This document shows, piece after piece, positions 1 to 7,355 of a DNA stretch of 32,000 nucleotides; the stretch's first letter is position 1, and every line of letters begins with the position of its first letter. The DNA comes from an uncultured Eggerthellaceae bacterium. GTDB lineage: Bacteria; Actinomycetota; Coriobacteriia; Coriobacteriales; Eggerthellaceae. Under the pieces are notes generated by a model. The model saw only the letters and a list, made by a program, of their open reading frames with translations, made no database searches and was not told where the DNA came from. The position numbers and the translations under genes were made by a program. The DNA lies in the NCBI GenBank assembly GCA_964462135.1, contig CAYWWK010000001.1:203913-235912 (forward strand), in the 5' to 3' direction.

Positions 1-1316
1 CTGCTGGCCGTCCACTTGAGGTGCAGATCCGCACCGAAGAGATGCATCGGGCCAGCGAATACGGCGTGGCGGCCCATTGGAGGTACAAGGAAGGCGGCGG
101 CAAGGTCAGCGCTGATGAGCTGGACAAGCAGCTGGCCTGGCTGCGCGAGATGGTTGACTGGCAGGACGAGACGGAGGATTCGCGCGAATTCCTCAAGTCG
201 CTCAAGATGGATCTGGACAATCAGGATGTGTACGTCTTCACTCCCAATGGGGATGTCAAGACGCTTCGAGCGGGAGCCACTCCAGTCGATTTCGCCTACT
301 CCATCCATACCGAAGTGGGCAATCATTGCGTGGGTGCGAAGGTGAACGGCGCCATCGTGCCGCTCACCTACGAGCTCAAGGTGGGGGATCGCGTTGAAGT
401 GCTCACCTCGAAGAACGCCTCCCCCTCGCGCGACTGGCTGTCCGTCGTGCGCACCCCTTCGGCGCGCAACAAGATACGCAGCTATTTCTCCAAAGTCACC
501 CGGTCATCTGATCTGCAGGATGGACGCGATCTGCTTCTGCGCGAGGTGCGCAAGCATGGTCTGGGGCTTTCCTCAGCCCGAACGGCCAAGGCTCTCAAGA
601 CGGTCTCAGAGGCTATGGGATTCCCTGAGCCCGATGACATGTTCGTGCAGTTGGCGCGGGGGAAGGAAAGCGCTCAGCATGTGGCTAACCGGCTGCTCAA
701 GCTGCTGGTTGACTCGGCCAACGAGGAACCCGACAAGGCGCGGGTGGGCGCCGGTGAAGGTTCGACGGGCATCATGCCTCCCATGCTCACCAGCGTCAAA
801 GGCCAGAAGAAGCACGAGACCCATTCATCGAACGGCATCATCGTGAAAGGGGTCGATGACATTCTCGTGCGCCTCTCGCGTTGCTGCAATCCGGTGCCGG
901 GGGATGAGATCGTTGGATTCGTCACGCGGGGACGTGGGGTTTCCGTGCACCGGGCCGACTGTCCGAACGCTGATGACCTGCGCAGCAATCCCGAGCGCAT
1001 CATCGAGGTGCAATGGGAAGGAAGGCCATCCTCCTCAGCGCTCTACAAGATAGAGATATACGTGGAGGCCCTCGACCGCATGAATCTGCTTCTGGATGTC
1101 ACGCGCGTGCTTTCGGAGGTGGGTGCCAACGTGCTGTCCTGTTCCACCAACACCCATCGTGACAGCGTGGTGGAGATGCGCTTTTTGTTCGAAGTGAGCG
1201 ACATCACGAAGATCGAGCATGCGCTTGAGGGCCTGAAGAGCATCGAAGGCGTCTTCGATGCCCGACGCATGCTGCCCGGCGAAGCCGTGGGTGCGACCAA
1301 AGGAGCGAAGTCATGA
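1..1316 (+). CDS. relA: RelA/SpoT-family (p)ppGpp synthetase/hydrolase, C-terminal part (5' end outside window)
   Basis: The frame is open from the window edge (codons in phase from nt 3: [15 protein letters not shown]). It carries the conserved synthetase motif EVQIRT..MH..AE.G.AAHW.YK. A TGS-like block follows (VFTPNGDV...[26 protein letters not shown]), then a C-terminal ACT-like region. Stop TGA at 1314-1316. Confidence 0.93.
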   Translation, partial: AGRPLEVQIRTEEMHRASEYGVAAHWRYKEGGGKVSADELDKQLAWLREMVDWQDETEDSREFLKSLKMDLDNQDVYVFTPNGDVKTLRAGATPVDFAYSIHTEVGNHCVGAKVNGAIVPLTYELKVGDRVEVLTSKNASPSRDWLSVVRTPSARNKIRSYFSKVTRSSDLQDGRDLLLREVRKHGLGLSSARTAKALKTVSEAMGFPEPDDMFVQLARGKESAQHVANRLLKLLVDSANEEPDKARVGAGEGSTGIMPPMLTSVKGQKKHETHSSNGIIVKGVDDILVRLSRCCNPVPGDEIVGFVTRGRGVSVHRADCPNADDLRSNPERIIEVQWEGRPSSSALYKIEIYVEALDRMNLLLDVTRVLSEVGANVLSCSTNTHRDSVVEMRFLFEVSDITKIEHALEGLKSIEGVFDARRMLPGEAVGATKGAKS

Positions 1317-1984
1317 AGGAGATCACCCAAGTCAAAGGACTCTGCGTCGATGTGGAGATACTGGTCATGGGGCCGCTGCAGAACAACGTGTACCTCATCT
1401 CTGACGGCGTTGGCACACTGGTGGTTGATCCAAGCTGTGATGCGCAGACCATCATGGCTGCCTTGGATGGCCGCAAGCTTGATGCCATCGTGCTGACGCA
1501 TGCCCACTGGGACCATGTCGGGGCGGCGGCAGAGCTGCGGCAGCTCACTGGAGCAACCGTCATTGCCAGCACCACGGATGCCCCGCTCATCGAGGAGCCT
1601 CGTGACACGGGCACGACGCGCGTGGCTGAGGCGTGTCCGGTGGATGTGCGCGTTGCCAATGGGGACACCGTGAATGTGGGCAACATGGCATGGAAGGTCA
1701 TGGAAACGCCAGGGCACACGAAAGGCTCCATCTGCCTGTTCATGATTCCCGCCTTTGGGAATCATGAAGGAGGCCTTCCGGTTCTCATTGCAGGAGACAC
1801 CCTGTTCAAGGGTTCTTTCGGCAGAACCGATTTCGAAGGAGGGTCCCTTGAGGCGATGGGGCAGTCCATGAAGCGGCTGGCTATGCTGCCCGATGACGTC
1901 GCCGTGCTTCCGGGGCACAACAGCCTTACCACCATCGGAGGCGAGCGGGCCACCTTCGCCCTCTTCGGTGACGAGCCGGAATAG
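1313..1984 (+). CDS. MBL-fold metallo-hydrolase (hydroxyacylglutathione-hydrolase-like)
   Basis: 223 aa with the beta-lactamase-fold metal motif [12 protein letters not shown] and a later PGHT.GS block. The ATG overlaps the relA stop (ATGA at 1313-1316), implying translational coupling. Confidence 0.85.
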   Translation: MKEITQVKGLCVDVEILVMGPLQNNVYLISDGVGTLVVDPSCDAQTIMAALDGRKLDAIVLTHAHWDHVGAAAELRQLTGATVIASTTDAPLIEEPRDTGTTRVAEACPVDVRVANGDTVNVGNMAWKVMETPGHTKGSICLFMIPAFGNHEGGLPVLIAGDTLFKGSFGRTDFEGGSLEAMGQSMKRLAMLPDDVAVLPGHNSLTTIGGERATFALFGDEPE

Positions 1985-2068
1985 GACAAGGGGGCAAATG
2001 AGTCACGGGGACGGTTCTCCTGACTCTATTATCCATTCGTGCTTCACTTCGCATCGCTCAAAAATGTC

Positions 2069-2099
2069 ATTGCCTGTGGTTTTGCATACCACAGGCAAT
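2069..2099. repeat. Perfect 12-bp-stem inverted repeat (attgcctgtggt / tttgcat / accacaggcaat)
   Basis: Read directly. It lies 85 nt downstream of the MBL stop and no U-tract follows. It could be a U-less terminator or a protein-binding palindrome. Confidence 0.5.
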
Positions 2100-2150
2100 C
2101 ATGTATTCAAGCGCTTCGCGCTGTGACGAGAGCATGAGTCTGTTTTTGTT

Positions 2151-2184
2151 GTAGCGTAAGACGTCACGCGTCAGCGTGCGTCTT
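2151..2184 (+). repeat. REP-like element: GTAGCG head plus hairpin (aagacg-t-cacgc / gtca / gcgtg-cgtctt)
   Basis: GTAGCGTAAG at 2151-2160, followed by an 11-bp stem with one bulge and a GTCA loop. Same architecture as the copies at 18732, 21736 and 29917. Confidence 0.6.
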
Positions 2185-2241
2185 GCCCCCGGACCGGAAA
2201 CATCCCCTCGGCCAAGGCAGGCCGCCATCCGGGCAAGGCAA

Positions 2242-2270
2242 GGTGCCGCTGCGCGGACACCTTACGCTAC
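2242..2270 (-). repeat. REP-like element and left copy of a direct repeat flanking the AT-rich island
   Basis: Sequence ggtgccgctgcgcggacaccttacgctac. Its reverse complement begins GTAGCGTAAGGTG, with stem aaggtg/cacctt. It nearly repeats 3864-3893, and it is also inverted relative to GTAGCGTAAG at 2151-2160. Confidence 0.6.
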
Positions 2271-2506
2271 GGGTCTCCGTTACATGCCATGAAGGTGCGA
2301 CGGCGTTCGCATCAGCCGCCGTACGTAACGTTGCAGATCAAGGGATGCATCCGCGTCCAAACGTCTTGGCACGATCTTTGCCAAGACTTCTCTTGTCAGA
2401 TAGCGGGATCGATCGTTTTCTCACGTTCCCTTCGCCATGATCTTCGATGTTAGAATCCATACCAGCAGCAAGTTCTTGCACCTCGGCAGCTTCATCCATG
2501 CGTGTT

Positions 2507-3667
2507 TTACCATTCAAGCCACGGTATAACGGATCCCTGAGAAGTCTCAAGTTGTTGGTTTCCGCCATAAACGATCTGTTTGCTCTTGGCATCTAAGTGT
2601 GCAAGCTCAGAGAAAACTTTCATAGATTTGAACCACTTGGAATTGAAAGTAGATCCTGATTTTGCTTCCACTGCAAAGGGTTCGAATTCGCTTCCGAATA
2701 TAAAGTCGACTTCATTTGTCGCAGTTTCATGCCAAAACCATGCATTCGGTCTTGCTCCCTGAGCCAGATTACGTTTTAAGTATTCCATCAGAACCAAATT
2801 CTCGAAAAGATTCCCCCTGAATGGGCTGACCTCAACATCGCGTATTGATTGAAATTGAAGCAGCGAGCAAGCCAAGCCAGTGTCAGTAAAGTATAGTTTC
2901 GGACGCTTTACTAATCGCTTGTTGAAGTTCTTTGAAAAAGGCCGCAGTAGATATACTATCGAGCTTGCCTCAAGGATAGAAATCCAGCGTTGAGTTGTTC
3001 GTCTATCGATTCCCGCTTCGGTAGAGAGGTTCTCAACGTCCAGTATCTCTGCAATTCGTCCTGCGCAAAGACGAAGGAAGCGCTGAAATGCGTCCAGCGA
3101 TCCAACGTTATTCTCACCGCGCACATCTCGCTCCAAGTAGGTTTGTATGTACGCCGGAAAGAAATCACCGGGTTCGATAGCGCTTTTATATATGCGAGGG
3201 TAGCCTCCCGTAAATAGCCATGAATCCAACGAATCGGGTAATTTGTCAACAGCAGAAAGCTCACGCTGCGATAGTGGATACAGGGTTAAAAGCGCGGTTC
3301 TACCGGCTAGGCTCTGCGTCACATTTCGCATCAGTAAGAAGTTTTGGGACCCGGATAGAATATACTGTCCGGGTTCATCGGTTTCATCCACTTTGGTTTG
3401 CAGATAATTGAATAGAGCAGGAACACGCTGAATCTCGTCGATGATTGAATGAGATTCATAGGTTGCCAGAAACCCTTCAGGATCATTGATGGCAAATTGA
3501 CGAATCGATGGGTTTTCCAGTGAAACGTATTGGTACTGGGGAAATGCATGGCGCGCAAGAGTTGATTTCCCAGATTGTCTGGGTCCTGTGATAGTGACAA
3601 TAGGAAACTTGTGGGATAGTTCCTCAAATTTCGGCTGCATTGCCCTAGGAATGATTTCAGTCTCCAT
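2507..3667 (-). CDS. AAA+ ATPase with a C-terminal DUF4143 / PD-(D/E)xK-like nuclease-fold domain (COG1373-type ATP-binding protein)
   Basis: 386 aa. Walker A is TGPRQSGKST (nt 3560-3586) and Walker B is SIIDEIQ. The C-terminal block NEVDFIF...FAVEAKSG (nt 2660-2713) matches a D...ExK nuclease-like motif. Spot counts of 60-nt lines give about 40-42 % G+C inside the gene against about 60 % in a neighbouring gene. Confidence 0.85.
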   Translation of the reverse strand: METEIIPRAMQPKFEELSHKFPIVTITGPRQSGKSTLARHAFPQYQYVSLENPSIRQFAINDPEGFLATYESHSIIDEIQRVPALFNYLQTKVDETDEPGQYILSGSQNFLLMRNVTQSLAGRTALLTLYPLSQRELSAVDKLPDSLDSWLFTGGYPRIYKSAIEPGDFFPAYIQTYLERDVRGENNVGSLDAFQRFLRLCAGRIAEILDVENLSTEAGIDRRTTQRWISILEASSIVYLLRPFSKNFNKRLVKRPKLYFTDTGLACSLLQFQSIRDVEVSPFRGNLFENLVLMEYLKRNLAQGARPNAWFWHETATNEVDFIFGSEFEPFAVEAKSGSTFNSKWFKSMKVFSELAHLDAKSKQIVYGGNQQLETSQGSVIPWLEW

Positions 3668-3676
3668 AATTTTGAA

Positions 3677-3705
3677 ATATTAGCATAAGAATCCCAATAT
3701 TTCAA
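3677..3705 (-). promoter_or_regulatory. Sigma-70-type promoter of the AAA+ ATPase gene, probably producing a leaderless mRNA
   Basis: On the minus strand: TTGAAA (3700-3705), a 17-nt spacer, TAATAT (3677-3682), then 9 nt to the ATG at 3667. There is no Shine-Dalgarno sequence. The -35 element and the -10/TSS region lie in the two arms of a perfect 10-bp inverted repeat (3672-3681 / 3696-3705). Confidence 0.6.
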
Positions 3706-3863
3706 AAAATGATACTCCCTTGTTTTATGCTGCTAGACGAAAAACCTCCTGAGATGAAAATGCATCAGGATGACGGTTTGGCCCTCCAAGTCAACTTTCC
3801 AAAGCCTTAGTGCTTCTGTCCAGAAGGATTCTTTGAATCCGGGGACCGTATCCGGGTGAGGCA

Positions 3864-3893
3864 GGTCGCCGCTGCGCGGACGGCTTACGCTAC
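3864..3893 (-). repeat. Right copy of the direct repeat flanking the AT-rich island (degenerate REP-like copy)
   Basis: Sequence ggtcgccgctgcgcggacggcttacgctac. Against 2242-2270 it shows one indel plus two substitutions. Confidence 0.6.
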
Positions 3894-3929
3894 AAAGGTG
3901 ATACAGGTCGCATCTGCGTGAGGCAAGCC

Positions 3930-4004
3930 GCAGGGGGCGCAGGGGACGCAGGGACGCAGGCTAAAGCCTGCGCTACGAGCCTGCGCTACGAGCCTGTGCT
4001 ACAC
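3930..4004. repeat. Composite (BIME-like) repeat cluster: GCAGG(G)(G)AC x3-4, a central hairpin, then a 13-bp tandem GCCTGCGCTACGA x3
   Basis: Sequence gcagggggc gcaggggac gcagggac gcaggc-taaa-gcctgc gctacga gcctgc gctacga gcctgt gctacac. The central hairpin cgcaggc/taaa/gcctgcg (3955-3972) is followed by CTAC, which is a GTAG head on the minus strand. Confidence 0.7.
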
Positions 4005-4071
4005 GTTACGGACGCATGCAACCCTCAGCTGGGTGGGCAACGGGATGCCGTTCGCAGCGTACCTTGATAGT

Positions 4072-4146
4072 GAACCCTCCTTATGCGTGAATGATATTTC
4101 CATTGCGTTAAAATAAGCGCGTCAATCAGCATTCGATGGAGGGTTC
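4072..4146 (+). promoter_or_regulatory. Possible SD-sequestering long-range helix in the pit leader
   Basis: GAACCCTCC (4072-4080) is the exact reverse complement of GGAGGGTTC (4138-4146). The latter holds the only SD-like sequence near the start of the Pit ORF. Confidence 0.35.
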
Positions 4147-5206
4147 CTTGGATCTCAGCTGGTCGTTCTTCTTCTCACAGCTTCTGAGCAACCCGCTTCT
4201 TCTCGTGGTTGCCATCCTGAACATCGGCGTCATCATCGTCAATGGTGCCACGGATGCTCCCAACGCCATCGCCACTGCGGTTTCCACGCGGGCCATGAAG
4301 CCCCGTCGGGCCATCATCATGGCAGCTATCTGCAATTTCGTGGGGCTTCTGGTCATCTCCGTCGTCTCTCCTGCCGTCGCTCAGACCATCTTCGGCATGG
4401 TCGATTTCGGAGGGGATTCCCATCAGGCGCTCGTGGCGCTCATGGCTGCCATGGTTGCCATCATCGTGTGGGGTGCCACGGCATGGTGGTTCGGCATTCC
4501 CACTTCGCAATCCCATTCCTTGATAGCGGGACTCACCGGAGCCGCCATCGCTCTGATGAATGGGGTGGATGCCATCAATTGGCATGAATGGATGAAGGTC
4601 ATCTACGGCATCCTGCTCTCCACGCTCATGGGATTCGCCTTTGGCTGGGTGAATTTCAAGATCATCAGGCGTGTTTTCAGGAATGCGGATCGTCAAAGTG
4701 CGAACAGGTTCTTCAAATGGGCGCAGATCCTGGCTGGTGCTGGCGTTGCGTTCATGCACGGTGCCCAGGACGGCCAGAAGTTCATGGGCATCTTCATCCT
4801 TGCCATCATGATGGCGGCGGGGCTGGGCATGAGCACCGATGCTTTGAGTTCCCTGCCCGTGTGGCTCATGCTGATCTGCGCGCTCACCATGGGTGTGGGC
4901 ACTGCCGTGGGGGGAGAGCGCATCATCAAGAGCGTGGGCGTTGACATGGTGAAGCTTGAAGCGTTCCAAGGATTCGCCGCCAGCCTTTCCACCTGCGTCA
5001 GCTTGGCGGTTGCCACCTTCGGTGGCCTGCCCGTTTCCACGACGCATACCAACACCACCGCCATCATGGGCGTGGGTGCGGCAAAGAATCCAAAAGGTGT
5101 CAAATGGTCCATCGCCATAGACATGGTGAAGACGTGGGTGCTAACGTTTCCGGGGTGTGGCCTTCTGGGCTTCGTTTGCGCGAAGCTGTTCTTGATCATC
5201 TTGTAG
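4136..5206 (+). CDS. pit: Inorganic phosphate transporter, PiT (PHO4) family
   Basis: 356 aa and polytopic. It carries the two PiT signature blocks NGATDAPNAIATAVSTRA and HGAQDGQKFMGI. The start is uncertain: the ATG at 4136 lacks an SD, while the in-frame TTG at 4148 lies 5 nt after GGAGG. Confidence 0.9.
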   Translation: MEGSLDLSWSFFFSQLLSNPLLLVVAILNIGVIIVNGATDAPNAIATAVSTRAMKPRRAIIMAAICNFVGLLVISVVSPAVAQTIFGMVDFGGDSHQALVALMAAMVAIIVWGATAWWFGIPTSQSHSLIAGLTGAAIALMNGVDAINWHEWMKVIYGILLSTLMGFAFGWVNFKIIRRVFRNADRQSANRFFKWAQILAGAGVAFMHGAQDGQKFMGIFILAIMMAAGLGMSTDALSSLPVWLMLICALTMGVGTAVGGERIIKSVGVDMVKLEAFQGFAASLSTCVSLAVATFGGLPVSTTHTNTTAIMGVGAAKNPKGVKWSIAIDMVKTWVLTFPGCGLLGFVCAKLFLIIL

Positions 5207-5222
5207 GGGAAAGGGTAGGTCA

Positions 5223-5852
5223 ATGGCGAAGAAGAACAAGTTCAACTACTTCAAGGCCTATGAGAAGCTGACCAAGCTTGCTGTTCAGGAATCTGAATTG
5301 CTGATAGATTCACTGGAAACCTTCAAGAGCGCCGCTGAGCTTGCCGAGGGCATGGAAAGGATGCATGAGATCGAAAACCAAGGTGACAGCATCAACCATG
5401 ACATCTTCGAGAATGCTGCCGTCGATTTCATGCCCCCCATTGATCGGGAGGACATCGTTGAGTTGGCGGCTGCCTTGGACAACGTCTTGGACTACACCGA
5501 CGACGTGCTGGGTCACATGTTCATGTACGATGTCGCCACCATTCCAGACGATGCCATGAAGTTCGCCGGCCTCATCAGGAAGTCATGCAAGGCACTGGAT
5601 GCCATGATGTGCGAATTCCACAACTTCAAGAAGAACAAGAAGTTCAAGCAGCTGCTCGTTGACATCAACTCCTATGAAGAGGAAGCAGACCACCTCTACA
5701 CCAACGCCATGCGCTATCTCCATACGAAGGACAACAAGGAGATCATGCACGTGCTGGTCTGGTCGAGGATCTACGAGCGCATGGAGAAGTGCTGTGATGC
5801 CACTGAGCACGCGGCGGATATCGTGAGCACCATCGTGCTCAAGAACATGTAG
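5223..5852 (+). CDS. DUF47-family (PhoU-like) phosphate transport regulator, the usual Pit partner
   Basis: 209 aa, helical and acidic, with a typical N-terminus (KKNKFNYF..YEKL). It lies 16 nt downstream of pit behind a purine-rich RBS (ggggaaaggg). Confidence 0.82.
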   Translation: MAKKNKFNYFKAYEKLTKLAVQESELLIDSLETFKSAAELAEGMERMHEIENQGDSINHDIFENAAVDFMPPIDREDIVELAAALDNVLDYTDDVLGHMFMYDVATIPDDAMKFAGLIRKSCKALDAMMCEFHNFKKNKKFKQLLVDINSYEEEADHLYTNAMRYLHTKDNKEIMHVLVWSRIYERMEKCCDATEHAADIVSTIVLKNM

Positions 5853-5871
5853 GGCGGCGAAGGCGCTTTGC

Positions 5872-6222
5872 CTAGAGGGGCGTCGTTCCTGGCGCCTCGT
5901 TTCCCTCCAGCATGTAGTTGATGCGCTCTTCCAGACGCTCTTCTGTCGTGATGGCATCGAAGAGCGGCGTCTTCATTCCCTGGTCCACGAACACGATGTA
6001 GGGGAGAGCGGCCACGGCGAACTTGATGCGCAGGCCTCGCTGCTCGTCGATGTTCACCAGGCAGAACTTCACACGTCCCTCGAAGGTCTCCGACAGGCTT
6101 TCCATCGTGGGGACCATCTCATCGCAGAACGTGCACCATCCCGCCGTGAATTGGATGATGCAGGGAAGCGGGCTTTTCTCCACCGCTTCTGTGAAGGTGT
6201 CGTCGGTGATTTCGTGGATCAC
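5872..6222 (-). CDS. Thioredoxin-family protein (atypical WCTFC active site)
   Basis: 116 aa. The pattern F.A.WC..C...P fits a thioredoxin fold. GTG start at 6222, preceded by AAGGAGG with a 4-nt spacer. Confidence 0.85.
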   Translation of the reverse strand: MIHEITDDTFTEAVEKSPLPCIIQFTAGWCTFCDEMVPTMESLSETFEGRVKFCLVNIDEQRGLRIKFAVAALPYIVFVDQGMKTPLFDAITTEERLEERINYMLEGNEAPGTTPL

Positions 6223-6259
6223 AATGCCTCCTTGGTAAGGTTGACGCGGACAGGGCAGG

Positions 6260-7207
6260 TCAATTGACTGCGAGGATCAACGGACGGGTGGGCATGCCAT
6301 TGAAATCAAGCGTGCCCGTCACCTCTTCAAGATGTGCATCGGATGCGGTGAGGAGCCGGGGCACTTCGGCCAAGGCCGTGGACAGCGCCGTGTGGTACAG
6401 GTCCCAGAACCCTTCGGTGCGCACGTCATCGGTTGCGGGGTCAACCCATGGCGCGTGGTCGTGATTGTCGAAGATGGACTGGTCTATCAGTTGGTTTCTG
6501 TGGCTCATGGCCTGTGCGAAGGAGTGGCGCCGGAACCTTCGCTCGATGAAGCCCATCACCTGGCGCTTGATGCCCTTGGGAGACTTGAGCGACAAGAGGA
6601 TCACCCGGTAGTTCTCCACGCCCGTTTCAAAGGCATCGTGGCGAATGTCCCTGTCCAGTGCGCTTTTCGCAACGTACTTGCAGAGAAGCGAGATGACCTG
6701 CACGCAGCGCTTCGAGGCAGAAAGGGGCAGAAGGGGATCGAAATCCTCGATGGTGATGCGTTCCTTCTCGCTCAAGGCCAAGATGTCCAGCTCGGATTCA
6801 ATCTCGGCATGCACCTCATGTCCGTCGCCGTCATCCAAGCCCTCCACACCGGCACCTGTGAGGGCGTATTGCTGAGCGTAGATGAAGGGATGCAGCGTGC
6901 TGTCAAGGAGGTAATGGCACAGAAAACCCTGAGCGTAGGCGGTTCCTATGCCGCGGATGTCATCAGGAAGCATGGTGGCGGCGTCCAGAAGGGAGCGCAG
7001 AAGCAGCACGGGATCAGCGGCGTGCATCAGGGTGGCGGTGCGGCCAGCCGCCAGCTGCTTGGGAGTCAGGCCGCTGAAGAACAGCACATCGGGGCCTTGG
7101 GCCCCCAGCATGAATGCTGAGAATTCATCGGACCCATCGAAGGGATCGGGCTGGATGTTCTGATAGACATCCTTCGCGAACAGGTAATGGGTGATGACGG
7201 CGGGCAT
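6260..7207 (-). CDS. Zinc-dependent phospholipase C-like family protein (uncharacterised)
   Basis: 315 aa. The N-terminal ITHYLFA and GAQGPD blocks recall Zn_dep_PLPC-type proteins (from memory, not searched). RBS gaaaggaagg lies upstream. The gene ends 37 nt before the thioredoxin start, so the two are probably co-transcribed. Confidence 0.6.
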   Translation of the reverse strand: MPAVITHYLFAKDVYQNIQPDPFDGSDEFSAFMLGAQGPDVLFFSGLTPKQLAAGRTATLMHAADPVLLLRSLLDAATMLPDDIRGIGTAYAQGFLCHYLLDSTLHPFIYAQQYALTGAGVEGLDDGDGHEVHAEIESELDILALSEKERITIEDFDPLLPLSASKRCVQVISLLCKYVAKSALDRDIRHDAFETGVENYRVILLSLKSPKGIKRQVMGFIERRFRRHSFAQAMSHRNQLIDQSIFDNHDHAPWVDPATDDVRTEGFWDLYHTALSTALAEVPRLLTASDAHLEEVTGTLDFNGMPTRPLILAVN

Positions 7208-7319
7208 CGGCGAGGCCTTCCTTTCACGTGCGCGTTTTCCGAATTATATGCTGTTTGCCCACATCCGTGCATTCAGGCGCCCACTTTACCTGTATGATTG
7301 TCAGTTCATGCATGCGTAT

Positions 7320-7351
7320 TGGATAACTTCAGGCAAGGAACGTGGATAACT
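7320..7351 (+). promoter_or_regulatory. Two direct copies of TGGATAACT immediately upstream of lysC
   Basis: Copies at 7320-7328 and 7343-7351, 23 nt start to start. The second ends 4 nt before the lysC ATG, and there is no SD at normal spacing. Confidence 0.35.
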
Positions 7352-7355
7352 GCCC

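Noticed and set aside
2183-2592. ORFs in the gap left of the island: 2183-2440 (+, 85 aa) and 2338-2592 (-, 84 aa). The latter includes a possible 53-aa ORF from the ATG at 2499, just downstream of the ATPase stop.
   Set aside because: There is no SD and no recognisable domain. The plus ORF runs through REP-like repeats, and the minus ORF overlaps the ATPase 3' end in another frame. A remnant or small partner gene cannot be excluded, but I cannot support one.
3930-4004. CRISPR array.
   Set aside because: The repeats are 8-13 bp, directly abutting with no spacers, and self-complementary. There are no cas genes. This is a REP/BIME-like cluster, not a CRISPR array.
1985-4135. Structured housekeeping RNAs (RNase P, tmRNA, SRP, 6S) or tRNAs in the two long non-coding stretches (1985-2506 and 3668-4135). 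The isolated GGTTCGA-like strings at about 2683, 27341 and 29899 were also considered.
   Set aside because: No conserved RNase P, tmRNA or SRP core sequences are seen. The GGTTCGA-like strings lack acceptor and anticodon arms, and one lies inside a CDS. This is by-eye only; an Infernal or tRNAscan run would be decisive.
6259-6268. A 10-bp perfect palindrome GTCAATTGAC overlapping the stop of the phospholipase-C-like gene, considered as a possible operator for the thioredoxin gene.
   Set aside because: It is a single short palindrome with no second copy. The two genes are probably co-transcribed, so there is not enough evidence to call a site.
7208-7355. Lysine (L-box) riboswitch upstream of lysC.
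   Set aside because: The gap is only 148 nt and is shared with a divergent promoter. No L-box conserved helices or motifs are recognisable by eye.
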